From Candidatus Bipolaricaulota bacterium (GTDB taxonomy: Bacteria; Bipolaricaulota; Bipolaricaulia; UBA7950; UBA9294), in assembly GCA_021129875.1 (NCBI GenBank), contig JAJOKK010000079.1, positions 1-32,509 on the forward strand: a stretch of 32,509 nt of DNA, in the 5' to 3' direction. Positions within the stretch are counted from its first letter, which is position 1. Each line of letters starts with the position of its first letter. The position numbers and the translations under genes are program-made. The notes under the pieces were generated by a model. The model was not told the DNA's origin. It saw nothing but the letters and a program-made list of their open reading frames with translations, and searched no databases. Shown here in pieces: positions 6,230 through 13,979 of the stretch.

Positions 6230-9052
6230 TTATACCCGTTTTGCCCCGGCAACCCGCAACGCGGCAGGGAGGAAGAGAAGGCTGAACAGAAGGGTGAATC
6301 CGATGCCGAGGAGGGCTGAGATTCCTAACAGGCGCAGTCCCGGTGTGCGCGCAAGGAGGAGGCTTCCGAAGACGAGCATCGTTGTAAGCGAGGTTACGAT
6401 CACCGCCACCGCGGTCACCTTCCCTCCACGCTCGATCGCGCCCTCTGGGTCGATCGAGCGTTCCTCCCGGTAACGGTGGAGGATGTGAATGCCGTTATCG
6501 ACCCCAATCCCGATCAACAGCGGGGAGATCGCAATGTTAACAAAGTTGAAATCGATCTGCAAGAGCCGCATCCCCCCAAGCATCCAGACGTAGCCGAGGA
6601 TGAGCGGCGCTGCGGCGAGCAATGCCCGTATAACCCCACCAAAGGCACGCCATAGGGTCAGGATGATCAGAACCGCGGCCAGGATGGTCGAGATGAGAAA
6701 ATCACGCTCCATGTGTTCCTCCAGCTGTTTGGCGACCAAGGGCATGCCAAAGTAGTTGTCGGAGAATGAGGCGGCGAAATTAGCGAAGTACTGCAGATTT
6801 CCCTCATCAAAGATCTCCGGCAGCATTCGCGCTTGAATGATGTAGTCGCCGCCTGGGGTGATGAACCGGGCGGCAAGGCCCTTGGGAAAGCTATCGATGA
6901 TGTCGCGCAGCAGTTCTTCCACCGGGGGGAGATCACGGGCCTGCGCCAGATCCTGCTCGAATGCGGAGAGGGTATTACTCAGTCCCAGGATGTGCCCGCG
7001 CGCACGCTCGATGTCGAGCTCCTGCAGCAGACCTTGGATATCGCGCAGCTGTCGTTTAAGCGCACTCCCGGTCGAGGCGATCCCCACTTCGCCGTGCAGC
7101 GCTGCGACGTACTGAAGGAGGCTGAACTGGGTGAGCAGGGTGCGGATCTGTGCGAGCACATCACTGCGGTCGGCAAGGCTTCGATCGAGGACCGCCAACT
7201 GCTCAATGTAGGCCCCGATATCAAGACCGCGCAAAACCTGCTGTTGCTCTGCAAGGTTGACCGGGAGGAGCGCCCACGCCGACTCGATCCTGTCCCTGTC
7301 GACCAGGTCGCTCGTCTGCAAGTGCCCCACCACACGGGCCAACTCTTCCTCTGATGAGGCGAAGAAGGTAAAGTAGTTCCCCACTGGGGGACCTTCTTCG
7401 CCAAAATGAGTCAGGACCTCATTCAAGACTTTTGTGTTCTCCATACGAGGGATCATGTCCCGGCTGGAGAAGACGAACCTTGTCTGCGATGCTTGAAACG
7501 CGATGAAGAAGGTTAGGATGAGGATGATGACGAAGATCGCCCGTCCCTTGGCAGTCACCGCGCGAAAGTAGCCGGCGAGGCGGGGGACGTGGTTAATTAC
7601 CCCTTCTCGGCGGCGGGACCGGAACAGGAAATGAGTGATGGTGATCAACGCGGGAAGGAGGAACAGGGTGGCGAGGAAGGAGATGATCACCCCCATGCCG
7701 GTGATCGCCCCCATTTCGAACAATGCACGGGAACGGGAGAAGAGCAGCCCGAAAAAGACGAGGGAGGTCGTCAGTGCAGCAACGGCTGAAGCAGTCCCCT
7801 TGCGGAAGATGGCGGTGTGCAAGGCCTGATTGAGCGAACTCCCTTTGCGCCGCTCTTCAGAGTAACGGGAGATGAGGTGGATCCCGTAGTCGATCCCCAG
7901 GCCGAGGACGAGCGCAGGGAGGAACGTGGTCATCAGATTGAACCCGTCCACCGCGAACTTTGCCCATGCCATCGTCAATACGACGCTGACCAGAAGAGGG
8001 ACCACGGCGATAAAGCTGTAGAAGATTGAGCCGAATGCGAGAAAGAAGATGACGAGCACCCCCACCGAGGAGATGATCGTCGTGCGTAGCATATCAGCGT
8101 TGATCACCGCGTTCATCTCGGCGGCGAACGCGTACGTCCCGGTCACCCCAACAGTGACCTGTAAGCGATCGAGGTCTATTCGGGCGAGGTCGGCGTTCAG
8201 GGTCTCCATCACCGCTGTGCTGTAGGCTACGCCTAGTTGAGCTGAAAACCTCGGTTTGACTGTGATGAGGAGCCGTGTCCGGTCGTCAGAGAAGAAGGCC
8301 TCCGGGACTCGCACGATCGCTTCTTCTGTTGGGGCGAAGAGCATGGACAGGTCCTCCACCGCAGCAGTCACCTCCGGCATCTCATCGATCCCGGCTATTG
8401 CACTGAGCACGGTGCTGTTAAGCGCCTTAACCCCGAACAGACCATCCTCGAGAGCAGCGACTTCTCCGTTCCTCTCGGCGGCCATGCCGCGGCGGAGAGC
8501 TGCATCGAACGCCTCGCTCATCCGCTGGTATGCGTCGGCAAGATCGGTCGCCGGCAAGAGGGCGAGCCCTCTGTAGGCAACCTGTTCATCGCCGAGTGAG
8601 CGTCGTGCCAGGGCGAGGCTTGACTCGATGTGCGCAAGCTCCTCCTCGTTCAGGCGATAGAGGAGGACGAACTGATCCGGGATCTCCGGCGACAGTTCGG
8701 CTAAGTAGGAGACCTCGATGAATTCAGGGTTCTTTGCTAATACCCGGGTTATCTCTCCGGCGGCGCGGAGGAGACGGTCCTCCCGCTCGCCGATCGGCAG
8801 TCCCTCGCCCTCTTGCAGGGAGAGGAGGAGGACGAGGAAATCGGTCCGCAAGAGTTCCTCAATGCGACGATACTCATCGACCAATGGGTCGTTTCGCGGC
8901 AGGAGGTCAAGGAACGAGCCGCGGATCGGGATGTCGCGTATGTAATAGACGCTCGCCCCGGTCAAGAGTATGGTGATGATGAGGACCCACCACGCATAGT
9001 ACCGACTGATGCGAAAGACACGCTGTAAGATGCGTTCCTTGAGCGGGATCAT
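6230..9052 (-). CDS. MMPL/RND-superfamily membrane transporter (HpnN-like architecture).
   Basis: 940 aa with two multi-TM bundles, each carrying GIDYGIHLISRYSEE / GVDNGIHILHRYREE motifs, separated by large soluble loops. ATG start at 9052. Confidence 0.8.
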   Translation of the reverse strand: MIPLKERILQRVFRISRYYAWWVLIITILLTGASVYYIRDIPIRGSFLDLLPRNDPLVDEYRRIEELLRTDFLVLLLSLQEGEGLPIGEREDRLLRAAGEITRVLAKNPEFIEVSYLAELSPEIPDQFVLLYRLNEEELAHIESSLALARRSLGDEQVAYRGLALLPATDLADAYQRMSEAFDAALRRGMAAERNGEVAALEDGLFGVKALNSTVLSAIAGIDEMPEVTAAVEDLSMLFAPTEEAIVRVPEAFFSDDRTRLLITVKPRFSAQLGVAYSTAVMETLNADLARIDLDRLQVTVGVTGTYAFAAEMNAVINADMLRTTIISSVGVLVIFFLAFGSIFYSFIAVVPLLVSVVLTMAWAKFAVDGFNLMTTFLPALVLGLGIDYGIHLISRYSEERRKGSSLNQALHTAIFRKGTASAVAALTTSLVFFGLLFSRSRALFEMGAITGMGVIISFLATLFLLPALITITHFLFRSRRREGVINHVPRLAGYFRAVTAKGRAIFVIILILTFFIAFQASQTRFVFSSRDMIPRMENTKVLNEVLTHFGEEGPPVGNYFTFFASSEEELARVVGHLQTSDLVDRDRIESAWALLPVNLAEQQQVLRGLDIGAYIEQLAVLDRSLADRSDVLAQIRTLLTQFSLLQYVAALHGEVGIASTGSALKRQLRDIQGLLQELDIERARGHILGLSNTLSAFEQDLAQARDLPPVEELLRDIIDSFPKGLAARFITPGGDYIIQARMLPEIFDEGNLQYFANFAASFSDNYFGMPLVAKQLEEHMERDFLISTILAAVLIILTLWRAFGGVIRALLAAAPLILGYVWMLGGMRLLQIDFNFVNIAISPLLIGIGVDNGIHILHRYREERSIDPEGAIERGGKVTAVAVIVTSLTTMLVFGSLLLARTPGLRLLGISALLGIGFTLLFSLLFLPAALRVAGAKRV

Positions 9053-9071
9053 GGTAGATACCGACGGCCGA

Positions 9072-10007
9072 TCAGTTGGTCTCCTCTCTCGGGCTCGTCA
9101 CTGCAATCTCATAGCCGATCAACTTCGCGGTCAAACGAACGTTCTGCCCCCCCTTACCTATTGCCAGGGAGAGTTCATCATCAGGGACGATCACCTTGGC
9201 GGCGCGTCTCTTTTCGTTTAATTCGACGGAGATGACCGATGCCGGTTCCAGACTGTTTTTCAGGAGTTGCTCGACCGAGTCGCTCCACCGAATGAGGTCG
9301 ATCTTCTCTCCCGACAGTTCGCGGGTGACGACCCTCACCCGCGATCCACCGGCCCCGACACATGTTCCGATCGGATCGACGTTCGGGTCGAGCGACTCCA
9401 CCGCGACCTTGCTCCGACGCCCGGCTTCGCGTGCAATCTTGCGGATGGCCAGTGTCCCATCCTCTATCTCCGGGACCTCCAACCGCAGGAGCTGCTCCAC
9501 AAACTGCGGGTGAGCACGGGAGAGCAGGATCCGCGGATTCCCCTGAGTCTGCTCTACTCTGGCCAGGTAAGCACGCAATCGCTGCCCGGCATAGTACCGT
9601 TCCCCAGGGATCCGTTCGATATTTGGAAGGACCGCCTCGGCCTCCCCTAGGTTGACCCAGACATCCTTTCCCTCAAATCGATGGATCAACCCGCTGATGA
9701 TCTCCCCCACCCGGTTGATGTACAGCTCGTAGACGATCTGCCGCTGTTTATGGGTGATCTCCTGGCGGATTGTCTCCTCCGCTTTCTTGGTCGCTATCCG
9801 TCCGAATTTTGCTAGTTCAATCCGTTTGCCGTTGATGGAGATGTCTCCGGACTGTTGGTCTATATCAACTACGACCTCGGCATCGGTGTGGTGCTCCGCC
9901 TGATACGCCGCGGCAAGCCCCTGGCGGATCGCTGCATACAGGTCCTCGCGCGCGATCCCTTTTTCCTTTGCCATCTCTTCCAAGGCTTCGATAAATTCAA
10001 TATTCAT
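9072..10007 (-). CDS. nusA: Transcription termination/antitermination factor NusA (short form).
   Basis: 311 aa with NTD, S1 domain (VGEIISGLIHRFEGKDVWVNLG) and two KH domains (VGAGGSRVRVV, AIGKGGQNVRLTAKL). GGAGG lies 4 nt upstream of ATG 10007. Confidence 0.85.
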   Translation of the reverse strand: MNIEFIEALEEMAKEKGIAREDLYAAIRQGLAAAYQAEHHTDAEVVVDIDQQSGDISINGKRIELAKFGRIATKKAEETIRQEITHKQRQIVYELYINRVGEIISGLIHRFEGKDVWVNLGEAEAVLPNIERIPGERYYAGQRLRAYLARVEQTQGNPRILLSRAHPQFVEQLLRLEVPEIEDGTLAIRKIAREAGRRSKVAVESLDPNVDPIGTCVGAGGSRVRVVTRELSGEKIDLIRWSDSVEQLLKNSLEPASVISVELNEKRRAAKVIVPDDELSLAIGKGGQNVRLTAKLIGYEIAVTSPREETN

Positions 10008-10195
10008 TCTGCCTCCGAAATTGCTTTCGGATCACTCTCCTTGCTGTAAAATAGGTGACGAAAACAGATCGCCCGAGCACCCAGGCACCCGTCCCGTCCC
10101 GGCAACTAAAATCCCTCTTTCATTCGTCACTCGATCATCGTATTATACCGCAAGCACATACGAACGGACAAACACGGAGTTTCTTGAGGAGAACG

Positions 10196-11269
10196 ATGGG
10201 AAGAATCACGCTTGCAGTGGAAGAGGGCGAGGTCGGCCGGCGCATTGACCGGTACCTCAGCGAGAAGATCGAGGGTTGCTCCCGCAGTGAGCTGCAGCGC
10301 GCCATCCGCGCAGGGTGCGTCGACCTCAATGGAGAGAAACTCCGGCTCCCTTCCTATAGATTGCGCAGTGGGGATTGCATCGTCGTGGATAGACCGGAAC
10401 AGCGACTTCTCACCCCCGCACCGATTGAGATCGAGGTCCTCTACGAGGATAGTGATATCATCGTTGTCGACAAATCACCGGGGCTGGTCGTTCACCCCGG
10501 GGCAGGGGAGATCGTCCCCACTCTGGTGGAAGGGCTCCTTGTCGACCGCGATCTCCCTGTGGGAGACGACCCGATCCGCCCGGGGATCGTTCATCGTCTG
10601 GACAAGGATACGAGCGGGCTGATCGTGGTCGCCAAGACAGACATCTCTCTCTCCTCCCTGAAAGAGCAGTTTGCCGCCCGTACGATCGGCAAGGTCTATC
10701 TGGCCGTAGTCACAGGGCGGATCGTGGAGGAGGAGGGATTGATCGACGCTCCGATCGGGCGAGACCCGGTTCGACCGAGAAGGATGGCGATTAACCCGCA
10801 GGGAAGAGCCGCTCAAACCGAGTTTCATGTGCTAAGAAGGGCTGACGAGTGGACATTGCTCCGGGTCCACCCCCGCACAGGACGCACGCACCAGATCCGC
10901 GTGCACTTGCGATACATCGACCATCCGGTCGTCGGCGACTCGATCTACGGGAAGCACGAAGGAGACCGGCTCATGTTGCATTCCTGGCGGATCGAACTCT
11001 CCCACCCGCGGACCGGCTCGCCCCTCTGCTTCGAGACCGCGATTCCAGAGGAGTTCCCAGCCTGGGAGGGGGATCGGTCAGAAGGAAAGGCCGATCCCGA
11101 CCAGGAATCCGCGTCGCAGATGGTAGCCGGCACTGAGGGTAGCGTGGCGAAGTTCGGTTGCGATTCCGATAGTGAAACTGGGGAAGAGGGCGGTCGTAAT
11201 GATCGGTTCGATGATGATCGAAAGCGGTGCCAGTCCTCTGGTCGGAGGGGCGGTGGTGCGGTTCTGTAG
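10196..11269 (+). CDS. rluD: RluA/RluD-family pseudouridine synthase with an S4 domain and a roughly 65-aa low-complexity tail.
   Basis: S4 domain (RIDRYLSEK..LNGEKLR) and catalytic HRLDKDTSGLIVVAKT. Start moved from GTG 10055 to ATG 10196, which is preceded by GAGGAG. The last ~190 nt overlap the convergent gene. Confidence 0.8.
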   Translation: MGRITLAVEEGEVGRRIDRYLSEKIEGCSRSELQRAIRAGCVDLNGEKLRLPSYRLRSGDCIVVDRPEQRLLTPAPIEIEVLYEDSDIIVVDKSPGLVVHPGAGEIVPTLVEGLLVDRDLPVGDDPIRPGIVHRLDKDTSGLIVVAKTDISLSSLKEQFAARTIGKVYLAVVTGRIVEEEGLIDAPIGRDPVRPRRMAINPQGRAAQTEFHVLRRADEWTLLRVHPRTGRTHQIRVHLRYIDHPVVGDSIYGKHEGDRLMLHSWRIELSHPRTGSPLCFETAIPEEFPAWEGDRSEGKADPDQESASQMVAGTEGSVAKFGCDSDSETGEEGGRNDRFDDDRKRCQSSGRRGGGAVL

Positions 11270-12271
11270 GGCGATCCCCGCTCCGATGAATGCGAAGGCC
11301 CCTTCTGCCAATGGGACGTGAAGCCGCAGACCAAATCCCAACTCCGGGCCGAGATTATGGACCCCTCCTGCCGCAGGGGGGGCTTCCCCGGTAAATCGGA
11401 GAGAGGCGGTGAGTCCGATGATCCGCGCGATCCCTAGCTCAACCCCGACACTGTCGATCCCTAGATCGACGGCGAGGAAAGCAGGGGAGATCGCGGCTGC
11501 GGGCAAGGGATGGACGGCCTGCTGCAGCCTCGCCTCAAAATCGAAGACCTCCCGGTCGTGCAGGACCACGGTGCGGGTGAACCGCTCGTATCCGTCCTTC
11601 TCCAGGGTGATTGTCACCTTTCCCGCAGGGAGGATGATCTCTTTTGGGGTGTAGCCATGATGGTCCCCGTCGACGAGAATGCGGGCTGCTGCGGGCTGCG
11701 AGCCGATATAGACGGTTGCCAGAGGTTGGTGAATGGTGATCTGCGTCCAGGCTGAACTCCATCTCTTCTCTTCCAGTTCCTGGGTAAGCGCACGCGCGAA
11801 CGCCGCTGGGGAAACGGTGAAGCGACGGAAAGGGGCCTCTTCTGTCGGGGCGAGGCCGGGAAGGGGATGGGAAGAGAAGATCGCTACCAGTGTCGATACC
11901 CCTTCAGGCAGGCCGATGATGAACCGGTACCCCTCTCCCGGCAGGTGAAGAATCCCTCCCGGCACCAACGGATCAGGCTGGAACCGGTTCGGGAAAAGGA
12001 GGGTCACCGTTCCTTCAGGGTTAATTTCGTACAGGTAGAGGAAGCCTTCCCGGTCGGTCTCGATGGTGATCGCAATCGCTTCGCCCGGCGAGTAGATCGC
12101 CTTGTCGGTTACAATGCGAAGGATTGCCCCCGGAGGAGATGGGGTCGGCAATACACCTTTGGGGACTGCATCCTCCCCCCCTGCTGCGAGGAGAGGTAAG
12201 AGCAAGAGTACAACGAACAACAGCTTGCAGATCTGCTTTCCCAATCGTCCTATGAAGCGCTTCTCATTCAT
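11078..12271 (-). CDS. Secreted DUF4384 + PEGA domain protein with a C-terminal beta-barrel-like domain ending in Phe.
   Basis: Signal peptide MNEKRFIGRLGKQICKLLFVVLLLLPLLAAG begins at ATG 12271. DUF4384-like IYSPGEAIAITIETDREGFLYLYEINPEGTVTLLFPN. PEGA-like ARILVDGDHHGYTPKEIILPAGKVTITLEKDGY. C-terminus ..GFLVGIGLSF. Confidence 0.75.
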   Translation of the reverse strand: MNEKRFIGRLGKQICKLLFVVLLLLPLLAAGGEDAVPKGVLPTPSPPGAILRIVTDKAIYSPGEAIAITIETDREGFLYLYEINPEGTVTLLFPNRFQPDPLVPGGILHLPGEGYRFIIGLPEGVSTLVAIFSSHPLPGLAPTEEAPFRRFTVSPAAFARALTQELEEKRWSSAWTQITIHQPLATVYIGSQPAAARILVDGDHHGYTPKEIILPAGKVTITLEKDGYERFTRTVVLHDREVFDFEARLQQAVHPLPAAAISPAFLAVDLGIDSVGVELGIARIIGLTASLRFTGEAPPAAGGVHNLGPELGFGLRLHVPLAEGAFAFIGAGIALQNRTTAPPTRGLAPLSIIIEPIITTALFPSFTIGIATELRHATLSAGYHLRRGFLVGIGLSF

Positions 12272-12323
12272 CGTCTGCTCACCCCCATAATGATCCGCCG
12301 TAGACACATTATTGATCGATCTA

Positions 12324-12377
12324 TTGGGTTTGTTGGGTTCGTGGGGTTTGTTGGGTTCATTGGGTTTGTTGGGTTCA
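12324..12377. repeat. Tandem repeat 3 x 18 bp (equivalently 6 x 9 bp, TTGGGTT[T/C][G/A]).
   Basis: TTGGGTTTGTTGGGTTCG / TGGGGTTTGTTGGGTTCA / TTGGGTTTGTTGGGTTCA, 53-106 nt upstream of ATG 12271 of the PEGA gene. Confidence 0.9.
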
Positions 12378-12418
12378 CGCCTGTTCATGCTGCTAGCCAC
12401 GCCCGCCCTACCTGTATC

Positions 12419-12456
12419 TCTATTTTGCATTTTATGCTTTGCATTTTCCATTCTGC
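12419..12456. repeat. Third copy of the AT-rich AAAATGCAAA block.
   Basis: CTATTTTGCATTTT (12420-12433) is identical to 6166-6179. Its reverse complement contains AATGGAAAATGCAAA, identical to 5609-5623. Confidence 0.8.
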
Positions 12457-12555
12457 CTTGCTCAACTTCCCAACCTCTCAGCATCTCAACCTCTCAGCTT
12501 CCCAACCTCTCAACTTCCAAACCTCTCAGCATCTTAACCTCTCAGCATCTCAACT
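12456..12555. repeat. Tandem repeat of about 6 x 16 bp (AACCTCTCAGCATCTC).
   Basis: Units at 12472, 12488, 12504, 12520 and 12536, plus a degenerate unit at 12456-12471 and a partial unit at 12552-12555. Covers the cyclase stop codon (12534-12536). Confidence 0.9.
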
Positions 12556-13463
12556 CCATCGCCCGCCAGGCGTGTTTCAGCGAGCTGTTCCTTGACCTCG
12601 ACCAGCTTTTCTTGGAAGGCAGTTGAGACTGACGGATCGACACCGGTCAACTGCAACCTCTTCTCCCCGAAGCGGAGAACCACCTCGTCCCCCTGAAAGG
12701 AGAAGGCTACTCGGTCGAGATCCTGTTCACGCATGATCCCGGCTGCGATCAACGAATCATTGCCCCCTGTCTGGACATAATCGGCGTCCCTGTCTTCATG
12801 GAGACGGGCCTCGATCTCCTTGGACGGCTCGACGATGATCGTCCCCTGCTCGGTCAGGACGAGGGTGAAGCGATCTTCTCCGTCGGAGAGACGGGCGACC
12901 TCTGATATCCACGATACCTCATAGAGTTCCTCCTCTCCCAATCCCTTCAGCTCGCGCTTCCCCAGAGGGATGCAGCGCAGCCCCTCCATGTGGGGGAGAT
13001 CATGGCTGATCGTCGCCGTTATCAGGATCTGTCCTCCTTTTGCAAGGCTGGAGACACGCTGGGAGAGGTTCACCGAGTGCCCAATCATATCGGCCGCCGG
13101 CATTACCGGTGTTCCGCTGGCCAGGCCGATCCCCACGTCGATCGCCTCTTGTGGCGTTCTGTTATTGAGGATGCGGATCGCCTGTTGGATCTCCGCTGCC
13201 GCGCGAACCCCATCAGAAGGCTCGGAGAACGCCGCCATGACCCCATCCCCCATCGTCTTGACAACGACCCCTCCTCGAGCCTCGATCCTCTCTTTGAGGA
13301 GTGATCCGTGCAGTTGGGAGAGACGGTACGCAGCGCGGTCCCCTTGCCTCGCGGTGTAGGTGGTGAATCCGCGGATATCGCTGAACATAATGGCGATCTG
13401 TTCGCCCTCCTCTACGCGGGCGCGAATTTGCTGTTGGTTCTTCAGAATTGTACTCCAGGACAT
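12534..13463 (-). CDS. Class III adenylate(/guanylate) cyclase with an uncharacterised ~120-aa C-terminal domain.
   Basis: Motifs FSDIRGFT, VVKTMGDGVMAAF, ADMIGHSVNLSQR (metal Asp residues, Lys/Asp purine pair, Asn/Arg). ATG at 13463. The last 6 codons and the stop lie inside the 16-bp tandem array. Confidence 0.8.
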   Translation of the reverse strand: MSWSTILKNQQQIRARVEEGEQIAIMFSDIRGFTTYTARQGDRAAYRLSQLHGSLLKERIEARGGVVVKTMGDGVMAAFSEPSDGVRAAAEIQQAIRILNNRTPQEAIDVGIGLASGTPVMPAADMIGHSVNLSQRVSSLAKGGQILITATISHDLPHMEGLRCIPLGKRELKGLGEEELYEVSWISEVARLSDGEDRFTLVLTEQGTIIVEPSKEIEARLHEDRDADYVQTGGNDSLIAAGIMREQDLDRVAFSFQGDEVVLRFGEKRLQLTGVDPSVSTAFQEKLVEVKEQLAETRLAGDGVEMLRG

Positions 13464-13479
13464 GTTCTACTACCTCGGC

Positions 13480-13507
13480 TTGCAAAAAGGCTCTTCAGCA
13501 GTATAAC
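13480..13507 (+). promoter_or_regulatory. Putative sigma-70-type promoter for the cNMP-binding/MBL operon.
   Basis: TTGCAA, 16-nt spacer, TATAAC, ending ~50 nt upstream of ATG 13558, in the 94-bp divergent spacer. Confidence 0.35.
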
Positions 13508-13557
13508 ATAACTGCGTTCGATAAGCAGCGATCGGCAAAAAAGGAGGAACAAGGGCT

Positions 13558-13977
13558 ATGGATAGAGCAGAGACGATCAATCTTCTCAAGCAGGTCCCCC
13601 TCTTCTCGTCTTTGAGCGAGAAAGGGTTGAAAGCGATCATCAAGGTGGCGACCGAGAAGTCCTTCGCGCAAGGGACAAAGATAGTCGGCGAAGGGGATCT
13701 CGGAGTAGGCTTTTACCTGATCGTTACTGGGAGCGCCGAGGTTGTGCGCAACGATAAGCAGCTCGCCAAACTTGGGTCCGGTGCGTTCTTCGGCGAGATG
13801 TCCCTCCTCGATGGAGCCCCCCGTTCGGCCGATGTGATCGCGCTCGAGGATACGACGTGCCTTATCCTGACCACGTGGGTGATAAAAGGGCTGATCGCGG
13901 CGAATCCGGATGTGGCAATGGGGATGCTTAAGGAACTCTCTCGACGCCTGCGAGAAGCAGATCGTTCACTGAGTTAA
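13558..13977 (+). CDS. Stand-alone cyclic-nucleotide-binding (CAP effector) domain protein.
   Basis: 139 aa. Phosphate-binding cassette FFGEMSLLDGAPRSADVIA. AAGGAGG lies 10 nt upstream of the ATG. No second domain. Confidence 0.85.
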   Translation: MDRAETINLLKQVPLFSSLSEKGLKAIIKVATEKSFAQGTKIVGEGDLGVGFYLIVTGSAEVVRNDKQLAKLGSGAFFGEMSLLDGAPRSADVIALEDTTCLILTTWVIKGLIAANPDVAMGMLKELSRRLREADRSLS

Positions 13978-13979
13978 CA

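Noticed and set aside
10055-10195. Longest-ORF start extensions: rluD GTG 10055, rplE TTG 24767, rplW GTG 28763, map TTG 19764, rny GTG 5522, fusA ATG 32483.
   Set aside because: Downstream ATGs have better SD spacing and give N-termini that match the family consensus. The extensions overlap upstream genes or spacers.
12272-12484. A 71-codon N-terminal extension of the PEGA gene containing EPNKPNEPNKPHEPNKPN.
   Set aside because: The extension is the reverse translation of the repeat arrays and the AT-rich block. A textbook signal peptide begins at ATG 12271, which has its own purine-rich SD region.
12456-12555. Possible CRISPR array.
   Set aside because: The 16-bp units abut directly with no spacers, are too short for CRISPR repeats, and no cas genes are present in the window.
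12290-12626. Plus-strand ORFs of 101 and 104 aa (GFVGFVGFVGFIGFVGF.., LSTSQLPNLSTSKPLS..).
   Set aside because: They are simply translations of the 18-bp and 16-bp tandem arrays. They have no SD and a periodic low-complexity product, and they run antisense to the cyclase 3' end.
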